NCBI GenBank assembly: GCA_016714085.1
Contig: JADJNW010000019.1
Coordinates: forward strand, 11,248 to 75,247
DNA length: 64,000 nt
Reading direction: 5' to 3'
From: Saprospiraceae bacterium
GTDB lineage: Bacteria; Bacteroidota; Bacteroidia; Chitinophagales; Saprospiraceae
Under the pieces are notes generated by a model, which was given only the letters and a program-made list of their open reading frames with translations, made no database searches and was not told the DNA's origin. Both the position numbers and the translations under genes were made by a program. Below are positions 1 to 10,369 of the stretch, piece after piece. Numbering within the stretch: position 1 is the stretch's first letter; each line of letters begins with the position of its first letter.

Positions 1-535
1 TTTGCGCTCCGGCCAAATAATCGCTCGAACTCCTTTGGATGCGGCGTTAGAATGCTGTTTTTAGGAATTTTTTTAAATAATGCTTGATTTTTTGCAATTA
101 AATTTAAAGCATCGGCATCAATGACTAAAGGGATCGGGCTTTTTTCTAATAACTCTTCCAGCGCTTCCATCGAAGTTTTCTTTTGATCCAGACCACAACC
201 CACGCCAATCGCCTTGTAAGTCGAGAGTTTTGGAATTTCCGAAAGGAAAAATTCATGACGATCCACGCTGACCATTGCTTCCGGAATACTCATTTGCAAA
301 ATCGGATAAGCACATTTGGGTCCATGAATCGTGACCAAGCCAACACCGCTGCGAAGACAGGCACGTGCTGCAAGGATTGCTGCGCCGACTTTACCATAAC
401 TGCCCATAATAAGCAAAGCATGACCAAAACTTCCTTTATGGTTGAATTTGTGTCGTTTATGTAAAATATTTTTTACAAATATTATATCAATATAATAAAA
501 AAGCGTTTTTGCTTTTGCAATAAAACTGATTCAAA
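1..535 (-). CDS. nnr: NAD(P)H-hydrate dehydratase (YjeF C-terminal carbohydrate-kinase-like) part of bifunctional Nnr; runs off the window start; joined to the epimerase part only through frameshifts
   Basis: My own minus-strand translation is open to base 1: ...HKRHKFNHKGSFGHALLIMGSYGKVGAAILAARACLRSGVGLVTIHGPKCAYPILQMSIPEAMVSVD...PLVIDADALNLIAKN...ILTPHPKEFERLFG. This is the typical ADP-dependent NAD(P)HX dehydratase pattern. It is absent from the ORF track because it lacks a start codon. Confidence 0.75.
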
Positions 536-577
536 CCAATACTTTGAAAAATCCAATCACCAACAATATCTTGATTT

Positions 578-1159
578 TCAGGAAAAAGAAAGCCAGCTTC
601 GGCATTTCAAAACAAAAGTGTAATGCGCATGAATACAAGCGCCATCGGTATGCTGGTCAGCGTACAAACCCGAAGGCATATCAATTGCCACGCGAATAAT
701 GTTTAGTTGATCCAAATGCTCGAATAATGCAGCCCAATAGCTTGTGGCAGCACGGTTTAAACCCGAACCAAAAATGGCGTCAATTGCAATAGCGCCTTGC
801 GGCAAATCAGGTGCGGGAGCGCCTTCTTCAATGGTGTGGACTTTCAATTCCGTTCTGCGCGGCAGCCTTTCCCAATTCACTTGAAAATCTTTTGATATAT
901 TATCATTTATTTTACAAAACCAAACCGTTACATCATAAAATCGCTGTTGTAAGAGTCGGGCTGAAGCCAACCCATCGCCACCGTTGTTGCCAGGGCCACA
1001 AAAAATATGAATTGGAATATCTTGATTTGGGAATTTATTTAAAAACCAATTAATAAAAGTTAAAGAAGCGCGTTCCATCAAATCGATAGATGCGATTGGT
1101 TCATGAGCGATGGTATAAGCATCAAGTTCCCGGATTTGATTGGCATTCAGGATTTTCAT
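578..1159 (-). CDS. nnr: NAD(P)H-hydrate epimerase (YjeF N-terminal) part of bifunctional Nnr
   Basis: ORF 578..1159 carries FCGPGNNGGDGLASARLL and AIDAIFGSGLNR. The linker 470-620 reads through in three frames (..TF / MPKLAFFF / ENQDIVGDWIFQSIGLNQFY / YYIDIIFVKNILHKRH), which implies about 3 indels at T/A runs. Confidence 0.8.
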   Translation of the reverse strand: MKILNANQIRELDAYTIAHEPIASIDLMERASLTFINWFLNKFPNQDIPIHIFCGPGNNGGDGLASARLLQQRFYDVTVWFCKINDNISKDFQVNWERLPRRTELKVHTIEEGAPAPDLPQGAIAIDAIFGSGLNRAATSYWAALFEHLDQLNIIRVAIDMPSGLYADQHTDGACIHAHYTFVLKCRSWLSFS

Positions 1160-1264
1160 TTCTTTTAGACTTTATACGATAGACAATGGACTTTAGATAA
1201 GTTTTTCTAAAATCCGACATCTAACATCTAAAAATAATGTATTTTCCGACAATACAAAAAGCAG

Positions 1265-2368
1265 ATGGAACTCAAAGAAATTTTCAAAGACCTAAAGGTC
1301 GTCGAACTCGCCAGTGTGCTTGCCGGGCCTGCGGTTGGGATGTTTTTCGCAGAATTAGGCGCTACGGTTATTAAAATTGAGAATAAAACCACTGGCGGCG
1401 ATGTCACGCGCTCCTGGAAAGTGCCAGAGGAAGATTCGGAAAGCGATTATTCTGCTTATTATTGCAGTGTAAATTGGCATAAAAAGATATATTTTTTTGA
1501 TTTACAAAAGGATGAAGATCAGGTATTTGTACATGATATAATAAAAAATGCAGATATTATAATCAGTAATTTCAAGCGCACCTCGGCAGAAAAAATGCGG
1601 ATGGATTATGATTTTTTGAAAACCTTGAATCCTGGTTTAATTTTTGGTCAAATCACGGGCTATGGCGAAAACGATGATACCCCAGCCTTTGATGTAGTAT
1701 TGCAGGCAGAAGCAGGCTTTTTATATATGACGGGCGAACCAGGGCGTAATCCAGTGAAAATGCCCGTAGCGTTGATTGATATTCTTGCCGCGCATCAGCT
1801 GAAAGAAGCGATTTTACTGGCTTTGCTCAAGCGACAAATGACAGGTGAGGGGAGTTACGTTTCGGTTTCCTTGTTTGAATCGGCGGTCGCATCGCTTGCA
1901 AATCAAGCAACCAATTGGCTCATGGCAGGACACATCCCGCAGCGCATGGGTACGCGGCATCCGAACATTGCACCTTATGGCGATATTTTTGAAACAAAAG
2001 ATAATGAACAAATAGTTATTGCAGTAGGTACGGATCGGCAGTTTGAAAACCTTTGTAAGGTATTGAACATCAAGCCTAATGAACAGTTTTTGACCAATGC
2101 CAAGCGAGTGAAAAACCGTGTGGATTTGATTGGATTTTTGCAGCTTGCTTTTCGTCAATTTGATCGCGATGAAATTTTGCAACGTTTCCGCGAAAGCGGC
2201 GTTCCGGCTGCTGCTATTCGCACGATGCCCGAAGTATTTGAGCACCCATTAGCAAAAAATATGATATTAGAAGAAATCATGCCGGCTTCGCCTTCGGCAA
2301 GCCTATGGCGACCGAAGGATGGACGACTAAGTAGAAGGGTTAAAACGCTTGTATTTACTGCCAAATAA
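1265..2368 (+). CDS. CoA-transferase family III protein (CaiB/BaiF-like)
   Basis: The N-terminus LKVVELASVLAGPAVGMFFAELGATVIKIENKTTGGDVTRSW and the later PVALIDILAAH are typical of family III CoA transferases. The 367-aa length fits. Confidence 0.8.
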   Translation: MELKEIFKDLKVVELASVLAGPAVGMFFAELGATVIKIENKTTGGDVTRSWKVPEEDSESDYSAYYCSVNWHKKIYFFDLQKDEDQVFVHDIIKNADIIISNFKRTSAEKMRMDYDFLKTLNPGLIFGQITGYGENDDTPAFDVVLQAEAGFLYMTGEPGRNPVKMPVALIDILAAHQLKEAILLALLKRQMTGEGSYVSVSLFESAVASLANQATNWLMAGHIPQRMGTRHPNIAPYGDIFETKDNEQIVIAVGTDRQFENLCKVLNIKPNEQFLTNAKRVKNRVDLIGFLQLAFRQFDRDEILQRFRESGVPAAAIRTMPEVFEHPLAKNMILEEIMPASPSASLWRPKDGRLSRRVKTLVFTAK

Positions 2369-2389
2369 TTGTATTTTTGAAAAAATTAC

Positions 2390-2500
2390 CCAAAAGCCCC
2401 AACCCCGGGGGCAAAAAAAAAAAAAAAAAGGGAAGAATGAGTGGGAGTGGGAAAAAAAATTCGGAAAAAAAAAAGGAAGGGGAGGGGAAAAAATCAAAAG
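2390..2500. repeat. Purine-rich low-complexity tract (A17, A8, A10 runs mixed with G runs), probably a technical artefact
   Basis: Read directly: ccccaaccccgggggc-A17-gggaagaatgagtgggagtggg-A8-ttcgg-A10-ggaaggggagggg-A6. The ORFs called across it translate to K/G/E homopolymers. Confidence 0.7.
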
Positions 2501-2730
2501 TCCTTACAGCTTTGGAGGGGTATGCTGGTTTCACAACCCTTTTGTACAAGTGCTTCATCGTCAATCAGATAAAGAAGATTGGCTTTGCCATTCTGAAGAT
2601 AAAGAAGAGACGAGCATCCAATTTGCAGGCTGTTCTTTGGCTTTGAAAGATATTTACAAAAGGGTTAGCTTTCCGCCAGAAACGACTTCAGGCGACGAAT
2701 CACTTTAACAACCGCGAAAAACAATCCCGA

Positions 2731-4866
2731 TTGAAAAGGCTTCTCTTTTTAATATTATTAATTTCCTTAAACCTTAAATTACTGCACGCCACCCATATTG
2801 TTGGCGGCGAGATGAATTATACTTGCCTTGGCAATGATAAATATGAAATTACGTTGACCATTTTTCGGGACTGCTTTTATGGCGACCCAAATGCCTGGTT
2901 TGACAACCCTGCTTCCATTGGTGTTTTTGATACAAATAATCAATTGTTGGGTCAGTTTCTCGTGCCTTTGGTGGGTAATGATACTTTGAATCCTGTACTT
3001 AGTGGCGAATGCTTTGTTGCGCCGCCCAGCGTGTGCGTGCATACGACGACTTATCGGGTGGAAGTGGAATTACCTTTTCGAACGGGTGGTTATCAATTGG
3101 CTTATCAACGTTGCTGCCGCAATCAAACACTTTTGAATATTGTCAATCCTTTGGCTTCTGGCGCGACTTATGGCGTGACCATTTCTGAAAGGGCTTTACT
3201 CGAATGCAATTCCAATCCAAAATTCCAATCCTGGCCACCGATTTACATCTGCGTAGGCGAACCGATTAACTTCGATCAATCCGCGATTGATGCAGATGGC
3301 GACTCGATTGTATATAAATTGTGTGAACCCTGGTTAGGTGCGAATCAACAAATACCGAGGCCGCAACCACCTAATCCGCCGCCGTATGAGCCAGTAGTTT
3401 GGCAGAGTCCGCCTTACGGTTTGAATAATATGCTGAATGCCGTTCCGAATGGAGCGCCTTTGCGCATTGATTTGAAAACGGGAATTTTGACTGGAACGCC
3501 GAATACAATTGGGCAGTTTGTAGTAGGCATTTGCATTGAGGAATATCGAGATGGTGAATTGATTTCGACTACCCGGAGGGATTTTCAGTACAATGTCGGC
3601 ATTTGTGGCAGACCTACTGCTGGTTTTTTCGCTCCAGAGGTGCAATGCGGCGATCTGGAAGTGAATTTTGCGAATGAAAGTGTCGAAACCAATAGTTTTC
3701 TCTGGCAATTTGGCGATGGAGCTACTTCCGATGAGCAAAGCCCAAGTTTTACTTTTGCAGATACAGGAACTTATCAGGTACGCTTAATCGTTGAACCCGG
3801 CACTGTTTGTGCTGATACTTTTGAACGCTCGATTCAATTATTGCCAGCTACTTTAAAACCCGATTTTTCTTTTGATTTTTTGGAATGTAATGATTCTTTA
3901 ACCTTATCAATCCTTGATGCTTCGAGCGATTCCGCCTCTGAAATCATCGATTGGGACTGGTTGGTACAACCTTTGAATCTCCGTTCTAATAATCAAAATC
4001 CCACTTTTGTCATTCACGAAAGTGGATTGTATGATGTCCGCTTGCGCCTGCGTGCTGCCAATGGCTGCGATGCAATGCTCAATAAACCTTTGGAAATCAA
4101 TTTAATAGAAGAAGATCTGCCCGATTCTTTGGTAGTGTGTAAAGGCGAAGAAATAGAATTAAATCCAAATTTTAATCCTGCTTATATTTATAATTGGTCA
4201 CCATCTAATAATTTAAACAATCCGAATGTGCCAAATCCGTTGGCAAAACCAGATTCTAACACGATTTATACGGCCATTATCACCGATTCAGAGGGATTCT
4301 GTCAAGTAAAGCGGCAAGTGCAAGTGCGCGTAGCTGAGGTCATTGATTCTCTTAATGCTTTTGCTGAACCAGATACAATCTTTGGGCGAGGTACATCACA
4401 ATTAAGCGCTACATTGTATAATAATCTGATTTACAATTGGAATCCTACTGAAAGTTTAAATAATTCTGATATTTACAATCCAATTGCCAGCCTAAATATT
4501 ACAACAACTTATCAAGTGACTACCCGCACTGCCGATGGTTGTTTGAAAAATGCTTTAGTTACAGTGGTTGTAATGAATGGGTTATGCGAAGAGCCTTTTA
4601 TTTTTATTCCAAATGCCTTTACCCCCAACGCTGATGGCGTAAATGACGTCTTTAGAGTTAGAGGTAATCATATTGAGGAGTTTTATTTAGCTATTTATAA
4701 TCGCTGGGGCCAGCGGGTTTTTGAATCGCGCGCGCCCGAAGATGCTTGGGATGGCACTTTTAATGGTGAGCAATTGCCGCCAGATGTCTATGGTTATTAC
4801 GTCGAGTTGCGCTGCTTCGATGAAAGCAGTTTTGTTAAAAAAGGCAATTTGACGCTAATTCGATGA
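2731..4866 (+). CDS. T9SS type-B sorting domain (gliding-motility-associated C-terminal domain) surface protein with a PKD-like domain
   Basis: It has a signal peptide (TTG start in the track) and a PKD-like FLWQFGDGATSDEQSPSFTFADTGTYQVRLIV. The C-terminus FIPNAFTPNADGVNDVFRVRG...YNRWGQRVFES...WDGTFNGEQLPPDVYGYYVEL...KKGNLTLIR is the type-B CTD signature. Confidence 0.85.
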   Translation: MKRLLFLILLISLNLKLLHATHIVGGEMNYTCLGNDKYEITLTIFRDCFYGDPNAWFDNPASIGVFDTNNQLLGQFLVPLVGNDTLNPVLSGECFVAPPSVCVHTTTYRVEVELPFRTGGYQLAYQRCCRNQTLLNIVNPLASGATYGVTISERALLECNSNPKFQSWPPIYICVGEPINFDQSAIDADGDSIVYKLCEPWLGANQQIPRPQPPNPPPYEPVVWQSPPYGLNNMLNAVPNGAPLRIDLKTGILTGTPNTIGQFVVGICIEEYRDGELISTTRRDFQYNVGICGRPTAGFFAPEVQCGDLEVNFANESVETNSFLWQFGDGATSDEQSPSFTFADTGTYQVRLIVEPGTVCADTFERSIQLLPATLKPDFSFDFLECNDSLTLSILDASSDSASEIIDWDWLVQPLNLRSNNQNPTFVIHESGLYDVRLRLRAANGCDAMLNKPLEINLIEEDLPDSLVVCKGEEIELNPNFNPAYIYNWSPSNNLNNPNVPNPLAKPDSNTIYTAIITDSEGFCQVKRQVQVRVAEVIDSLNAFAEPDTIFGRGTSQLSATLYNNLIYNWNPTESLNNSDIYNPIASLNITTTYQVTTRTADGCLKNALVTVVVMNGLCEEPFIFIPNAFTPNADGVNDVFRVRGNHIEEFYLAIYNRWGQRVFESRAPEDAWDGTFNGEQLPPDVYGYYVELRCFDESSFVKKGNLTLIR

Positions 4867-4932
4867 TTGGTAGTTGACCTTTTCATTAAAACGGATTTTA
4901 TTTGTAATCGTCATCATAATCCTTCAAGACCT

Positions 4933-6864
4933 ATGAAAAAACTTTACTCCTGTTTCATTTTTACACTGCTGTTTGCTCCAGCTATTTTTTTGGGACAAAA
5001 TGTTACCACGAAATGGGGTACGGTCTCCGACGATGAATGGAAATTGACGCAATGCAATTTTGATACTTCCGCTTCAGCAATTATTTTATTTGATATTGCT
5101 TATATCCATTTTAATGGTGGTTCAGCACAGATTGATCGGCATCGGCGCATCAAGATTTTGCGAACGGATGGCATCGAATATGCTAATTTGGTATTGCCTT
5201 ATGTTTATCAAAATGGTCGAGAGAATATTACAGATATAAAAGCGCAAACGATCAATCCTGGTGAAAATGGCAAGCCACAGGAAATTCCGGTCGAAAACAA
5301 ACAGGAATTCCAGACCAAAGTTGACGAATACTGGGCACAAGTGAATCTTGCTTTTCCCGCGGTGCGCCCCGGCAGTATTATTGAGTATCGGTATTCTTTT
5401 CATACGCAGAATATTTATTTTCTCAAGCCCTGGTTTTTCCAGAATGAATTGCCCACCGTTTACAGTGAAGTTAGTGTAGAAGTGCCGTCTTATTTATCTT
5501 ATAATATTTTAAAATTTGGCAAAATGCTCAAGCAAGTGCCAAATAAAGCGGATCAGAACAAATGGAGCTTAAACCAAATACCTGGTTATAAATCTGAAAA
5601 ATTTGTATTTCATCCTGAAGATTACGCCGAACAAATTCAATTTCAATTACTTAGCTATAATCGTGAAAACAATAAAAACTTATCAGGGGGCTATGAAACG
5701 GTGAATGTTTTGGAAAGTTGGGATAAGCTCGGCGAAGATGTGTTGACCGAATGCAACGCTTATTTAAATCGTGATAAAGGACTGCAAAGTATGCTAGAAA
5801 ATATTGTGCAACCTTCTGATAATGTAAAAGATAAAACTCGAAAAATTATACAATATGTTCATGAGCAATTTGCCTGGAATAATTATTGGAGCATCCGCCC
5901 TTCTCAATCTTTCAACTCATTTGAAAGCAGCAGAAAAGGCAGCACCGCCGAAATCAATTTGTTGCTGACGGGCTTGCTACGAGAAGCAGGCTTAGAAGCA
6001 GATCCGGTTTTGGTAAGTACTCGTTTTCATGGCAAAGTGGTCAAATCCTTTCCCTTGCTGAGTCAATTCAATAATCTGATTTGTCGGGTTGTGCTGGATG
6101 GGGAGACTTATTTTTTGGATGCCGCTCTGGATCAAGGCTTGCAACCAGCGCTTTTATTAGCAAAAGAAAACTTGAATTTCCATGGATTTTTATTGCGAAA
6201 AGGTCAATTTGACTGGATTGAAATAGAAACCAAAAATACCGCCAGACGAAGCACCGTTGTGACGATTGATTTAGGAAAAATGACTGGCGAATTGCGTTTC
6301 AAAAATGAAGGCTATGCAGCTGGAGACCTCCGTCGTTCCTGGCATCAAGCCAAAAACAAAGCACAAACACTGGCTGTAAAAGCGCCTGAAATGGGCGAGC
6401 AACAACTTAAATTAGACGAGGCAACGCCGAAAGCATTAGAAGAGCGCGAAGAGCCTTTTGAATTGAGCTATCAATTCCCGCTGGAGCTTGCTGATGAAGG
6501 TTTTGTCTACTTTAGTCCCTTGACTTGGAGCAATTTTTCCGAAATGCCCTTTAACGCTAAAGAGCGCTCCTTTCCGATCGAATTTGATTATCCGTATTCG
6601 GATAATATGTTGATTACGATTCATTTACCTGAAGGTTATCACCTTGAAAGCAAACCTGAGAACAAAAGCATTGCTTTGCGTTATGCGCAAGATGAAGGTA
6701 GATTTATCTATAATGTAACAGAAATCAATGGAAAACTTATTATTACAAGTAAAGTAGATATTCGACAACCGATTATGGCTGCGGAAGCTTATCCTTTTGT
6801 AAAAGCATTTTTTGAACAAATTCATGCAAAACTGAGCGAAGTGGTCGTTATTAAAAAGCGCTAA
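4933..6864 (+). CDS. DUF3857 / transglutaminase-like domain protein (secreted)
   Basis: The internal ATG at 4933 gives the signal peptide MKKLYSCFIFTLLFAPAIFLGQ. The central GSTAEINLLLTGLLREAGLEADPVLVSTR resembles the transglutaminase-like core seen in DUF3857/DUF3858 proteins. Confidence 0.6.
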   Translation: MKKLYSCFIFTLLFAPAIFLGQNVTTKWGTVSDDEWKLTQCNFDTSASAIILFDIAYIHFNGGSAQIDRHRRIKILRTDGIEYANLVLPYVYQNGRENITDIKAQTINPGENGKPQEIPVENKQEFQTKVDEYWAQVNLAFPAVRPGSIIEYRYSFHTQNIYFLKPWFFQNELPTVYSEVSVEVPSYLSYNILKFGKMLKQVPNKADQNKWSLNQIPGYKSEKFVFHPEDYAEQIQFQLLSYNRENNKNLSGGYETVNVLESWDKLGEDVLTECNAYLNRDKGLQSMLENIVQPSDNVKDKTRKIIQYVHEQFAWNNYWSIRPSQSFNSFESSRKGSTAEINLLLTGLLREAGLEADPVLVSTRFHGKVVKSFPLLSQFNNLICRVVLDGETYFLDAALDQGLQPALLLAKENLNFHGFLLRKGQFDWIEIETKNTARRSTVVTIDLGKMTGELRFKNEGYAAGDLRRSWHQAKNKAQTLAVKAPEMGEQQLKLDEATPKALEEREEPFELSYQFPLELADEGFVYFSPLTWSNFSEMPFNAKERSFPIEFDYPYSDNMLITIHLPEGYHLESKPENKSIALRYAQDEGRFIYNVTEINGKLIITSKVDIRQPIMAAEAYPFVKAFFEQIHAKLSEVVVIKKR

Positions 6865-6934
6865 AAAGCTTGTAAAATAAGGGCTTCATTTAGGCGTTTA
6901 TGTTATATCCTAAAAACCTTATTCAACCCGAAGT

Positions 6935-7543
6935 ATGCTATACCTGAAAAGATTTATTATCATAAATGCTTATTTGTTCCTGGCACTCGCCGGAAATGCT
7001 CAAGCACGCCTCGGTGTGAGCGGTGGCGGCGGCTTGGATGGTACGGTGAGCTTGCGCGCTGCCATTCCGCTTGAAATTTCGATCAATAAAACCCTTAGTA
7101 TTCAGTCAGGTATGGTGTTCCAGCAACGGCATAATGCACAACTCCTGCCAGGATTGGGGTATGAACATGATTACCGCCAGCCGACGATTGCTTATCTCGG
7201 TATTCCGGTTTTTCTGAAAGCACGGCTCGATTTACATTCCTTATGGGTATATGCTTTGGCGGGGCCGCAAATTGATTATGGGCTTTCTTTTTCAGCCAAT
7301 TATCTTGAAGATGGTTTTTATGGATACGAAAAATTGGATTTTGAAACATTTCAAGTAGCGCGACTCGACTTTGGAATGAATATTGGCGCAGGTTTTGAAA
7401 AAGAAATTAGTAATAATTGTAAAATTTTTGCAGAATTATTACTAACATTTAATTTCCATGATATTGATAAAAGCGCAAGCTACGAAGTATTCAACGAAAG
7501 CCGTATTTTTAATCTTGGATTTTTATTGCCTTTACATCGCTAA
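6935..7543 (+). CDS. Outer-membrane beta-barrel (porin-family) protein
   Basis: It has a signal peptide ending NAQA, alternating hydrophobic beta-strand periodicity, a C-terminal aromatic-rich strand (IFNLGFLLP) and a ~200-aa size. Confidence 0.55.
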   Translation: MLYLKRFIIINAYLFLALAGNAQARLGVSGGGGLDGTVSLRAAIPLEISINKTLSIQSGMVFQQRHNAQLLPGLGYEHDYRQPTIAYLGIPVFLKARLDLHSLWVYALAGPQIDYGLSFSANYLEDGFYGYEKLDFETFQVARLDFGMNIGAGFEKEISNNCKIFAELLLTFNFHDIDKSASYEVFNESRIFNLGFLLPLHR

Positions 7544-7631
7544 ATAGCATATCGTCTCATCTTGCCATGTAATTATATTGAAATTTTCAATAATTGCATT
7601 ATTTTCACTTTTCAACCAAAATGATTCACCA

Positions 7632-8444
7632 ATGGCACGTCTATCCTCGCTATTCTTATTATTGGTACTTCTTTATAGTTGTAAAGACGCAACCGATCCT
7701 TCCAAAAATAATACAACCGATCCTTTCGCAAATGCAAAATGGGTGGACTTGACTTACGCTTACGATGAGAATACGATTTATTGGCCCACCGCGGAGCGCT
7801 TTCATTTGGACACCGCTTTTGAAGGGATGACCGACAAGGGTTATTATTATTCGGCTTATCAATTTTGTATGGCGGAACACGGCGGCACACACCTGGATGC
7901 ACCGGTGCACTTTGCAGAAGGACAGCGGTCGGTCGATCAAATACCTGTAAATCAGTTGGTTGGAGCGGCGATTGTGATAGATGTCTCAGAACGCGCTTTG
8001 GCAAATCGGGATTATTTGGTGAGTGTTGCAGATTTTGAAGCTTGGGAAAAAGCAAATGGGCAATTGCCAGAGGATATTATTGTGCTATTGCGCACCGGTT
8101 ATGGGCGCTATTGGCCTGATCCTGAGCAATATATGGGTACAGCGGAGCGCGGCGATTCGGCTGTTGCAAAATTGCACTTTCCAGGGCTTGATCCTGTTGC
8201 AGCGCAATGGTTGGTGGACAATCGCAAGATCAAGGCAATTGGCTTAGATACGCCCAGCATTGATTATGGGCAATCCACACATTATGAAAGTCACCAGATT
8301 CTATTCAAAGCCAGCATTCCAGCATTTGAAAATGTCGCCAATTTAGATCAGTTGCCTATTACTGGCAGTCATGTGATTGCATTGCCCATGAAAATAAAAG
8401 GCGGTAGTGGTGGGCCGCTGCGGATTGTGGCGATGGTGGATTAG
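7632..8444 (+). CDS. Cyclase-family protein (kynurenine formamidase-like), lipoprotein
   Basis: The ATG at 7632 gives the lipoprotein signal MARLSSLFLLLVLLYSC. The motif EHGGTHLDAPVHF and the later IKAIGLDTPSID are characteristic of the putative-cyclase/arylformamidase family. Confidence 0.75.
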   Translation: MARLSSLFLLLVLLYSCKDATDPSKNNTTDPFANAKWVDLTYAYDENTIYWPTAERFHLDTAFEGMTDKGYYYSAYQFCMAEHGGTHLDAPVHFAEGQRSVDQIPVNQLVGAAIVIDVSERALANRDYLVSVADFEAWEKANGQLPEDIIVLLRTGYGRYWPDPEQYMGTAERGDSAVAKLHFPGLDPVAAQWLVDNRKIKAIGLDTPSIDYGQSTHYESHQILFKASIPAFENVANLDQLPITGSHVIALPMKIKGGSGGPLRIVAMVD

Positions 8445-8509
8445 GGCAGAGCATCACCCTGCCTCTTCCAATTCCATTTGCGCGGCTTCCCAGGCTTCCA
8501 TCGCTGCTT

Positions 8510-10369
8510 CTAAGTCTTGCTGTTTTTGGCGGTGCTGATCCATAACTTTTTGAAAATCAGGCTTTCATAAAAACCAGGTGCTGCCATGTTTACTTCAAGT
8601 TGCTGGATTTCTTCTTCCAGCCGTTCGACGGCGCGCTCAGCGTTTTGCACATTGCGTAGGAGGCGTTTGCGCTCTTCGAAAGAGATTTCGGATTTGCCAG
8701 TATCTGAAGTAGTAGTGGACTTGCCATTTTTACTGCTAAGTTCCACATCGCGCATATTGTCCAAAGCGCGTTTTTCAAGGAAAGCATTCACATCGCCGAT
8801 ATAATCAAATAGCTGTCGGTCGCGGAATTCGATGGTGCGATTGGTAAGCCCGGCCAGGAATTCCCGGTCGTGCGATACGACAATCATCGTTCCATCAAAA
8901 TCAAGCAACGCCTGTTTGAGAATATCTTTGGAAATAATATCGAGGTGGTTGGTCGGTTCATCTAAAACCAGCAGATTGAAAGGGCGCAAGAGCATACAAG
9001 CCAGCGCAAGGCGGGCACGCTCACCCCCGGAAAGCACAGAAACTTTCTTATCCGCATCCTCCCCACTGAATAGGAATGCGCCAAGAATATTGCGCAAACG
9101 GGTACGCATTTCGGGCGGTGACGCGGCTTCCATTGTTTCAAGAAGGGTCATTTTAGGATTAAGTACATCCGCCTGATTCTGAGCATAATAACCAATAGAC
9201 ACGTTGTGTCCCAATTTTAATTCGCCGCCGCTCAATGGGATTTGTCCGACAATCATTTTAGCAAGGGTGGTCTTGCCTTGACCATTTTGCCCTACAAACG
9301 CCACCCGATCACCTCGATCCAGTTTGATATGCACATCATTCAATACAACCTTTTCGCCATAATTTTTGCTGACGTGTTTGCCTTCCACTGCAATTTGCCC
9401 CGAACGCGGCGCTGGCGGAAATCGCAGATTCATGGCAGCAGTATCTTCTTCGTCAATTTCAATGCGCTCGATTTTATCCAATTGCTTTTGCATCGATTGC
9501 GCCATCGTCGTTTTGGTCGCTTTCGCCATGAACCGATTGATGGTGCGTTCTTTCTGCGCAATCATTTTCTGCTGATTGTTGTAAGATGCCAGTTGTTTTT
9601 CGCGGCGATCCTTGCGCATTTCCACATATTTGCTATAAGAAGCTTTGTAATCAAAGACTTTTCCCAACTCAATTTCGACGGTGCGTTTGGTCACATTATC
9701 CAAAAATTGTTTATCGTGCGAAATCAAGACTACCGCACCAGGATAATCTTCTAAAAATCCTTCCAACCAAATGATAGATTCAATATCAAGGTGGTTCGTC
9801 GGTTCATCCAAAAGCAGATAATTTGGGCGTTGCAAGAGCATTTTTGCTAATTCCACCCGCATTTGCCAGCCACCACTAAATTCGGATGTCTGTCTGTTGA
9901 AATCCTTTTGCGTAAAGCCAAGCCCTTTGAGTACACGCTCCGCCTGCGCCTCCATTTCTTCACCCCCCAAGAGGTGAAACTGATCGTTCAGGTGAGAATA
10001 GTCTTCCAGGAATTTGAAGTAACTCTCGCTTTCATAATCGGTGCGGTGTTCCAATTCCTCGTGCATCTCGGCGAGGCGCTTTTCCAGTTTGCGCAATTCA
10101 TCAAAGGCCGTAAGGGTTTCTTCCATCACGGTTTTGCCTTTGGGAATATTCATTTCCTGATGCAAAAAACCAAGGGTGCTGCTGGATGGGCGTGTCACGG
10201 AGCCCTCATCAGATGTGGCTTCTCCTGCGATGATCTTCAACAAAGTAGATTTTCCCGCGCCATTACGACCTACCAAACCCACTTTGTCGCGGTCGCCAAT
10301 TACTATATTGATACCGTCAAACAGAATTCTACCGCCGTATTGCAAAAATATATTGGATGCTGTAATCAT
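8510..10369 (-). CDS. ABC-F family ATPase (two ABC domains with a linker); the 3' end is frameshifted and the true stop is probably at 8454
   Basis: It has two Walker A motifs (GRNGAGKST, GQNGQGKTT), two LSGG signatures (FSGGWQMR, LSGGERAR) and no TM domain. Start is MITASNIFLQY (cat at 10367-10369). After ..APGFYE, a -1 shift at gaaag (~8555) restores KPDFQKVMDQHRQKQQDLEAAMEAWEAAQMELEEAG*. Confidence 0.85.
   Translation of the reverse strand: MITASNIFLQYGGRILFDGINIVIGDRDKVGLVGRNGAGKSTLLKIIAGEATSDEGSVTRPSSSTLGFLHQEMNIPKGKTVMEETLTAFDELRKLEKRLAEMHEELEHRTDYESESYFKFLEDYSHLNDQFHLLGGEEMEAQAERVLKGLGFTQKDFNRQTSEFSGGWQMRVELAKMLLQRPNYLLLDEPTNHLDIESIIWLEGFLEDYPGAVVLISHDKQFLDNVTKRTVEIELGKVFDYKASYSKYVEMRKDRREKQLASYNNQQKMIAQKERTINRFMAKATKTTMAQSMQKQLDKIERIEIDEEDTAAMNLRFPPAPRSGQIAVEGKHVSKNYGEKVVLNDVHIKLDRGDRVAFVGQNGQGKTTLAKMIVGQIPLSGGELKLGHNVSIGYYAQNQADVLNPKMTLLETMEAASPPEMRTRLRNILGAFLFSGEDADKKVSVLSGGERARLALACMLLRPFNLLVLDEPTNHLDIISKDILKQALLDFDGTMIVVSHDREFLAGLTNRTIEFRDRQLFDYIGDVNAFLEKRALDNMRDVELSSKNGKSTTTSDTGKSEISFEERKRLLRNVQNAERAVERLEEEIQQLEVNMAAPGFYESLIFKKLWISTAKNSKT

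Noticed and set aside
2349-2708. ORFs 2349..2708, 2377..2646 (+) and 2355..2564 (-), which encode K/G/E- or F/P-rich polypeptides
   Set aside because: They are translations of the low-complexity A/G tract (2390-2500), with no start context and no protein-like composition.
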